Assembly (NCBI GenBank): GCA_963765765.1
Contig: CAVXYC010000023.1
Span: forward strand, 256,001-320,000
DNA length: 64,000 bases
DNA from: an uncultured Chloroflexia bacterium
GTDB taxonomy: Bacteria > Chloroflexota > UBA6077 > JACCZL01
Direction of reading: 5' to 3'
Under the pieces are notes generated by a model, which made no database searches, was not told the DNA's origin, and saw only the letters and a program-made list of their open reading frames with translations. This document shows, piece by piece, positions 59,384-64,000 of this stretch; position 1 is the first letter of the stretch, and every line of letters starts with the position of its first letter. The translations under genes and the position numbers were made by a program.

Positions 59384-60262
59384 TTAAAGCAGTAGCCACA
59401 CTCCGGCCGCCGATACGAGGGTGCCCAGAATCAGTCGGCGGGTAAGTGGCTCCTTCAGGAACAGCGCCGCGAGCGGAGCGGCAAAAAGCGGCGAGGTGGC
59501 GCTCAGGGACGCGGTCTTGCCTGCGCCGGCCAGGCTGATGGCCGTGACGAACAGCAGGGTGGCGCCCACGCTGAGCACTCCGGCGACCAGAATGAGCAGC
59601 CAGAGTCGACTGTTTAGCTCTCTAATGGCGCTCACCACTCGCCCTCGAACGACCAGGAGCATCAGCAAGCTAGCAAAAGGCAATCGCACGGCCGAGGCCG
59701 TAAGTACGTCCATGTCCTCCAGCGACGGTCGGACGAGCACGGCAGTGAGCCCCCAGGACACGGCTGTCGCGCCAGCGAGGATATAGCCAAGGCGATCCAG
59801 TCGCTCCACGGTTGAGCTCTCGCTTTTCTCTGTCACCACCAGAACGACGCCGACGATGACCAGAAACGTACCGCCAACGATCGTAATCGTCAGCGACTCG
59901 TTCAGAAATGCCGCGGCCAGGAGTGTGGAGATAAGGGGAAAGCTCATAGCCACGGGCATGGCTCGCGAGACGCCAATGCGACGAATGCTCTCGAAGAACA
60001 TCGCGTCGCCAAACGCCAGGCCGGTCATTACAGAGATGGCCATGAATCCGAGTGAGCTCCAGCGTGGCATCGCCGGCGGAGCCATCGCCCAGAACGGAAT
60101 GGCGATCAGCAGCACGAGGAGCGCCGCGACAGCCGTCCGCAAGCCATTGACGACGATCGCGGAGACGTTGTGGGTGAGCTGACGAACCGTTAGCGTCGTC
60201 ATTGCCCAGCACAGTGACGAGATAAGCCCGGCCGCGACGCCGAGCATCGGGGAAGCATCCAT
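59384..60262 (-). CDS. DMT/EamA family transporter
   Basis: Two EamA-like halves ending in FLNESLT and FLKEPLT; about 10 TM segments. Confidence 0.85.
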   Translation of the reverse strand: MDASPMLGVAAGLISSLCWAMTTLTVRQLTHNVSAIVVNGLRTAVAALLVLLIAIPFWAMAPPAMPRWSSLGFMAISVMTGLAFGDAMFFESIRRIGVSRAMPVAMSFPLISTLLAAAFLNESLTITIVGGTFLVIVGVVLVVTEKSESSTVERLDRLGYILAGATAVSWGLTAVLVRPSLEDMDVLTASAVRLPFASLLMLLVVRGRVVSAIRELNSRLWLLILVAGVLSVGATLLFVTAISLAGAGKTASLSATSPLFAAPLAALFLKEPLTRRLILGTLVSAAGVWLLL

Positions 60263-60724
60263 GGGGGCCAGGAGTATATCGCCCGCCTGGGTCTGCCGTT
60301 TCTCCCCCGCCTGGTCCGGCCCACGGCGATCCACCTCGCCGTTGTAAGCGGTGGTTCATCGATCAATGTGGATTGGGGCCGTGATGAGGGCCGCGAAATC
60401 AAGGGGGCTCCAGGCGCTACTTGATCTCGCGGTCCTGTGCACCCTTGGGTTTCACCATACCCAGCTGGGCTATCCGGTACTCCGCCGGATATCTGTGCTG
60501 CGCTTCTCCACCTGAAAGGATGTGGATCCAATGACCCGCGGTACCTCACAATACGCGCGCAGGCGCGCCAGGGAGCCAATGTCCCGGCCCTGACAGCGTT
60601 ACTGGCCCACGGCGCCGGAAGTGAACTCGTGACAAGCGGTCCAGGAAGAGAGCTCCATCGCGTGTTGAGATGTTCGACGGGCGCTGAACGCCGGCCATGG
60701 CAGCACAAAGCTGCTCAAATCAGG

Positions 60725-62116
60725 AGACGATCTGTTCGCTCCCTATTCACCACCGGCCTCTTGCTGACTCTGGCCACCCTTCTCTTGTTCACGCAAACGG
60801 TGCCAGCCCGAGCGGCTGATCCTGGATCGCGATTCGGCATCAATCAGGCGTGGCAGGCGGCTGACCATGCCGATACGGCCGGAGCTGACTGGTCGCGCGT
60901 TCTGTTCTGGTGGAGCGAATTTCAGAAGGGCGGTCCCAATGAGTTCGACCTCTTCTCCACAGGGCATGACGAGCATCTCAATAACGAGGTGGACCGAGGG
61001 CGAGAGCTCGTGGGTGCCATCCTCAACACGCCGCGTTGGGCTAGCTCCGACGGCTCTCCCAACGGCGTTCCGAAAAACCTGTACCTTCCCTACAACCATC
61101 CAGATAACTACTGGGGGCAGTTCACGCGCCAGCTTGCTGAGCACTACAAGGGGCGCATCGACAACTGGATTATCTGGAACGAGGTGGACATCTCAGGCGG
61201 CGAGTGGGGCACCTGGAGCGGTACCACGGCCGACTACGTCCAGCTTCTGAAAGTCGCGTATCTATCGATCAAATCCGCTAATCCGCAAGCCAAAGTGCTG
61301 CCGTTCGGGGCGGCCTGGTGGTACGACTATGGGTCCACTATCGGCCGAATGCTGGACCTTATCGCCGCTGACCCGGATGCCAAGAAGTACGACGGATTCA
61401 TGGATGCAGGAAATCTACACCTCTATAGTCGCTCCAACGACATTCCGCGGGTGGTCGGCTGGTATCGCGATCAACTCAAGGCGCGTGGGCTGGAGAAGCC
61501 TATCTGGGTCGGTGAGACAAACGCGGTGCCATATGACGATCCGAACTGGCCAGCGAGCAAGGCGAACTTCCGCGCCAGCCTGGACGAGCAGGCGTCCTAC
61601 GTCGTGCAGGCATTTGCCACGTATCTCGCTCTGGGAGTGGAAAAGGTTAGCGTCAACCGCATGACCGACGGCACCGACTTCGAAGCGGGCGGTGAGCCAT
61701 TTGGCCTGCTGCGCAACGATGGCACAGCGAGACCGGCATTGACCGCGTTCCAGGTCGCCACAAAATATTTCCGGGACGTCTACGAAGGTGAGCTCTTCCC
61801 CACTGAGCCGAACGGCCTCGCGCGCGCCGTTTTAAAGAACAGGTTAGATGAGGTCGTGACCGTAGTCTGGAACATGAAGCCAGTGGACATCGACGTCGCG
61901 ATCCCGGCGACAACGGATCATGCGCTCCGCGTGACCAAATACGGGGAAGCCTCCACAGTGCTGGCGAATAACGGCCAGTACCCGCTCACGCTCACTGCCG
62001 CCACGGCGAATTCGAACGAGGCCGACCGCCGAGACTTCGTTGTCGGCGGAAACCCCATCATCCTCGTTGAGCGCCCTGACGGTGATCCGCAATCGGCGTA
62101 TAGGGCGATTCGGTAG
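60725..62116 (+). CDS. Secreted clan GH-A (GH5/GH39-like) glycoside hydrolase; start uncertain
   Basis: Signal-peptide-like segment ending PARA-A, acid/base motif IIWNEVD, NLHLY, nucleophile motif IWVGETN, FGLLR.DG..RPA. Confidence 0.75.
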   Translation, partial: RRSVRSLFTTGLLLTLATLLLFTQTVPARAADPGSRFGINQAWQAADHADTAGADWSRVLFWWSEFQKGGPNEFDLFSTGHDEHLNNEVDRGRELVGAILNTPRWASSDGSPNGVPKNLYLPYNHPDNYWGQFTRQLAEHYKGRIDNWIIWNEVDISGGEWGTWSGTTADYVQLLKVAYLSIKSANPQAKVLPFGAAWWYDYGSTIGRMLDLIAADPDAKKYDGFMDAGNLHLYSRSNDIPRVVGWYRDQLKARGLEKPIWVGETNAVPYDDPNWPASKANFRASLDEQASYVVQAFATYLALGVEKVSVNRMTDGTDFEAGGEPFGLLRNDGTARPALTAFQVATKYFRDVYEGELFPTEPNGLARAVLKNRLDEVVTVVWNMKPVDIDVAIPATTDHALRVTKYGEASTVLANNGQYPLTLTAATANSNEADRRDFVVGGNPIILVERPDGDPQSAYRAIR

Positions 62117-62120
62117 CATA

Positions 62121-62204
62121 CCCTCGCCCCTCTCCCTCTGGGGATGGCCTTGCGATGGGGATACCGGTCTACCCTCACCCCATCCCTCTCCCAAAGGAAG
62201 AGGG
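62121..62204. repeat. CCCTCACCCC..CCCTCTCCC..GAGGG-type intergenic repeat pair
   Basis: CCCCTCTCCCTCTGGGA ... CCCTCACCCCATCCCTCTCCCAAAGGAAGAGGG (reads PLPLGEGWGEG on the minus strand). Confidence 0.55.
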
Positions 62205-62540
62205 CGCCGGGGGTTGGAACACCGCGATTGGGTTCGCCACTGAGGCGGTGCCCGGCTCAAGTCGGCATGCCTCATGCATCTATCAATACTGAGAGCGCTT
62301 CGATTGCATGCGCGCCAACCTCCAGATGCTTGTGTTCGTCTCAACTCCGAGCATTTCGTCCCGGTCAGGCCGGTCTGATCGAGTGGTGATCAAAGGTTCT
62401 CAGTATGAGAGCCAACGGTCCACCTCGGAGGGCACCGGCGGATGTTCGGATAGTGATCCCCGGGTGGGTGCACTTGTGCGAAAACCGCGCGCCCCGCGAG
62501 AAGAGTCAAGAGTCTGGTCCGACGCACCGGTACCTGTGGT

Positions 62541-63917
62541 GTGAGACTCCAAACTGATCGTTCCCATGAACTAGCCCCAACTGCCGGTCGGGGTGAGACT
62601 GAACACGACCACGATCTGGGTGGGCGGCACTGGCAGGCGTGGGGGCTGCGCTGGCTGCTGGCCGCGATCAGCATCTTCCACTTGCTGCAGGGTAACCGGG
62701 AGGGAGCGGTTGTCGCGGCCCTTGGCTTCGCGGTGTCGATGCTTCCCCCGATCATCAGCCACTTCTCCAAGTGGCACGTCCCACGTCTGCTCGAACTTAC
62801 CTTCGTCGCGGCCATGTTCCTCCAGTACGTTTCAGAGTCGTTCAAGCTGTTCGAGATCTTCTCCTACTGGGACAAGCTCGTCCATTCGTCCGAGATCTTT
62901 CTGGCGAGCGCTGTGGCGACCTACCTGTTGCTCGGCTACCGCGAGCTTCACGAGCTGGACATCCCCGACGGTCTTGCTGCCGCGGGCGCGATGCTGTTCG
63001 GCATGGCGCTCGGCGCGACCTGGGAGCTGGTTGAGTTCACGCTGGATTGGTTCGGCAACGCCAACTTACAGAAGTCGAACGCCGACACGCTCACTGACAT
63101 TCTGACCAACGACGCCGGCGCGATCTTCGGAACACTTCTCGCCTTCTGGCTGTACCGCCATCACGCCACGGAACAGCAGCGGCATGAGTTCGGCAAGATC
63201 GCCGATTGGCTCACTGGCCGCTTGGCCAGGCTCTTCGCCGAGCACGGTTTTCAAATCGGCGTCGGCATCGGGCTCGCCATCGCTGCTATCGTCGCGGCCG
63301 GCTGGCTGATGGATCGCGGGCCCCTTCCGCCTGGGCCGTCTGGCGAGGCCACTCCCGCGTCCTGGGACTTTACGGCCAACATGACCGACGCTGTCCCAGT
63401 GGCCACCCTGGTTGGCGACTGGCGACAGGACGCGCGCGGCATCTGCAAAGTCAACGATGTGCCGGTCCGGCCGGGTAGCGAGCAGATGGGACTGCTTGCC
63501 CTGGCGCCCGATGTCCGCTACGGCGGGTCCGCCGGACTCGTCGCCACGAGCACCTTCTACTCGGAGCGCCCGCAGCTCGGCGCCGGTACCGCCATGGACA
63601 CCGGCCTGGCGTTCGGACTGCGTGACGCCGAGAATTTCTACCTGATGAAGGCCAGCGCCCTCCACGATACGTATAGGCTGGAACGGTACGTCGGCGGGCG
63701 ACGGCGTGACCTGCGCGAGGAGCGCGTTCGCCTGCGCGGCAACGACTGGCACGAGCTGCGGCTCGAGCTATTCGGTGACCAAGCGACCGTCTTCCACGAT
63801 GGTCGGAAGATCTTTGAAGAGCGTGGTCTTGAGCAGACCGACGGCGGCGTCGCCCTCTGGGCCCGCGTCACCACAGCGGGTTGCTTCGCCGAAGCGGCTG
63901 TCCAACCATCCGTCTAG
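62541..63917 (+). CDS. Membrane protein: DUF2238-like TM domain plus C-terminal beta-sandwich (DUF1080/LamG-like) domain
   Basis: YWDKLVH, WELVEF and DTLTD in the TM region; GLAFG..DAENFY, WHELRLE and GGVALW in the soluble domain. Confidence 0.65.
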   Translation: MRLQTDRSHELAPTAGRGETEHDHDLGGRHWQAWGLRWLLAAISIFHLLQGNREGAVVAALGFAVSMLPPIISHFSKWHVPRLLELTFVAAMFLQYVSESFKLFEIFSYWDKLVHSSEIFLASAVATYLLLGYRELHELDIPDGLAAAGAMLFGMALGATWELVEFTLDWFGNANLQKSNADTLTDILTNDAGAIFGTLLAFWLYRHHATEQQRHEFGKIADWLTGRLARLFAEHGFQIGVGIGLAIAAIVAAGWLMDRGPLPPGPSGEATPASWDFTANMTDAVPVATLVGDWRQDARGICKVNDVPVRPGSEQMGLLALAPDVRYGGSAGLVATSTFYSERPQLGAGTAMDTGLAFGLRDAENFYLMKASALHDTYRLERYVGGRRRDLREERVRLRGNDWHELRLELFGDQATVFHDGRKIFEERGLEQTDGGVALWARVTTAGCFAEAAVQPSV

Positions 63918-64000
63918 GCGCTCCGAGCAACAGAGAACAAGAGGAGCCTTCGCTAGTCATCGATTCCACGCCGGCTCAGATTGCCACCCGGTTGCCGCGC

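Noticed and set aside
60437-60724. N-terminal 95 aa of the glycoside hydrolase ORF
   Set aside because: It precedes the signal-peptide-like segment and looks like non-coding sequence that happens to be in frame; the real start is probably near 60725-60760.
1-64000. CRISPR array, rRNA or tRNA genes
   Set aside because: No regularly spaced direct repeats, cas genes, rRNA-like stretches or cloverleaf/T-loop patterns were seen by eye; a covariance-model search was not run.

Overview
GC-rich bacterial chromosome segment, most likely Chloroflexota. This is an inference from the dnaA-obgE-nadD order without dnaN, an AGAAC-N4-GTTCT LexA box, Tat-type lipoprotein solute-binding proteins and an F420-type LLM enzyme. 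The left 40 kb is an accessory catabolic/transport region: two Rieske oxygenases, a Gfo/Idh/MocA dehydrogenase, three VOC proteins, an aldolase, FAH, PrpD, an amidohydrolase and MFS/ABC/TctC transporters. It also carries a small DNA-methyltransferase plus putative uncharacterised endonuclease island and several gene remnants. The right part holds a LexA-box-preceded operon (stand-alone PolX N-terminal HhH protein, XPB-like helicase, degenerate DUF790/Bax1-like protein), nadD-obgE, a probable oriC with atypical DnaA boxes and DnaA-trios, a MITE, dnaA with tandem NrdR-like boxes, and pdxST. It ends with a block of general-stress-type genes, most of them preceded by sigma54-like -24/-12 motifs, and a divergent PyrB-like transcarbamylase. 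Many genes carry single-base frameshifts, densest at about 13.4-19.2 kb, which are probably sequencing errors. All calls come from reading motifs by eye; no searches were run.
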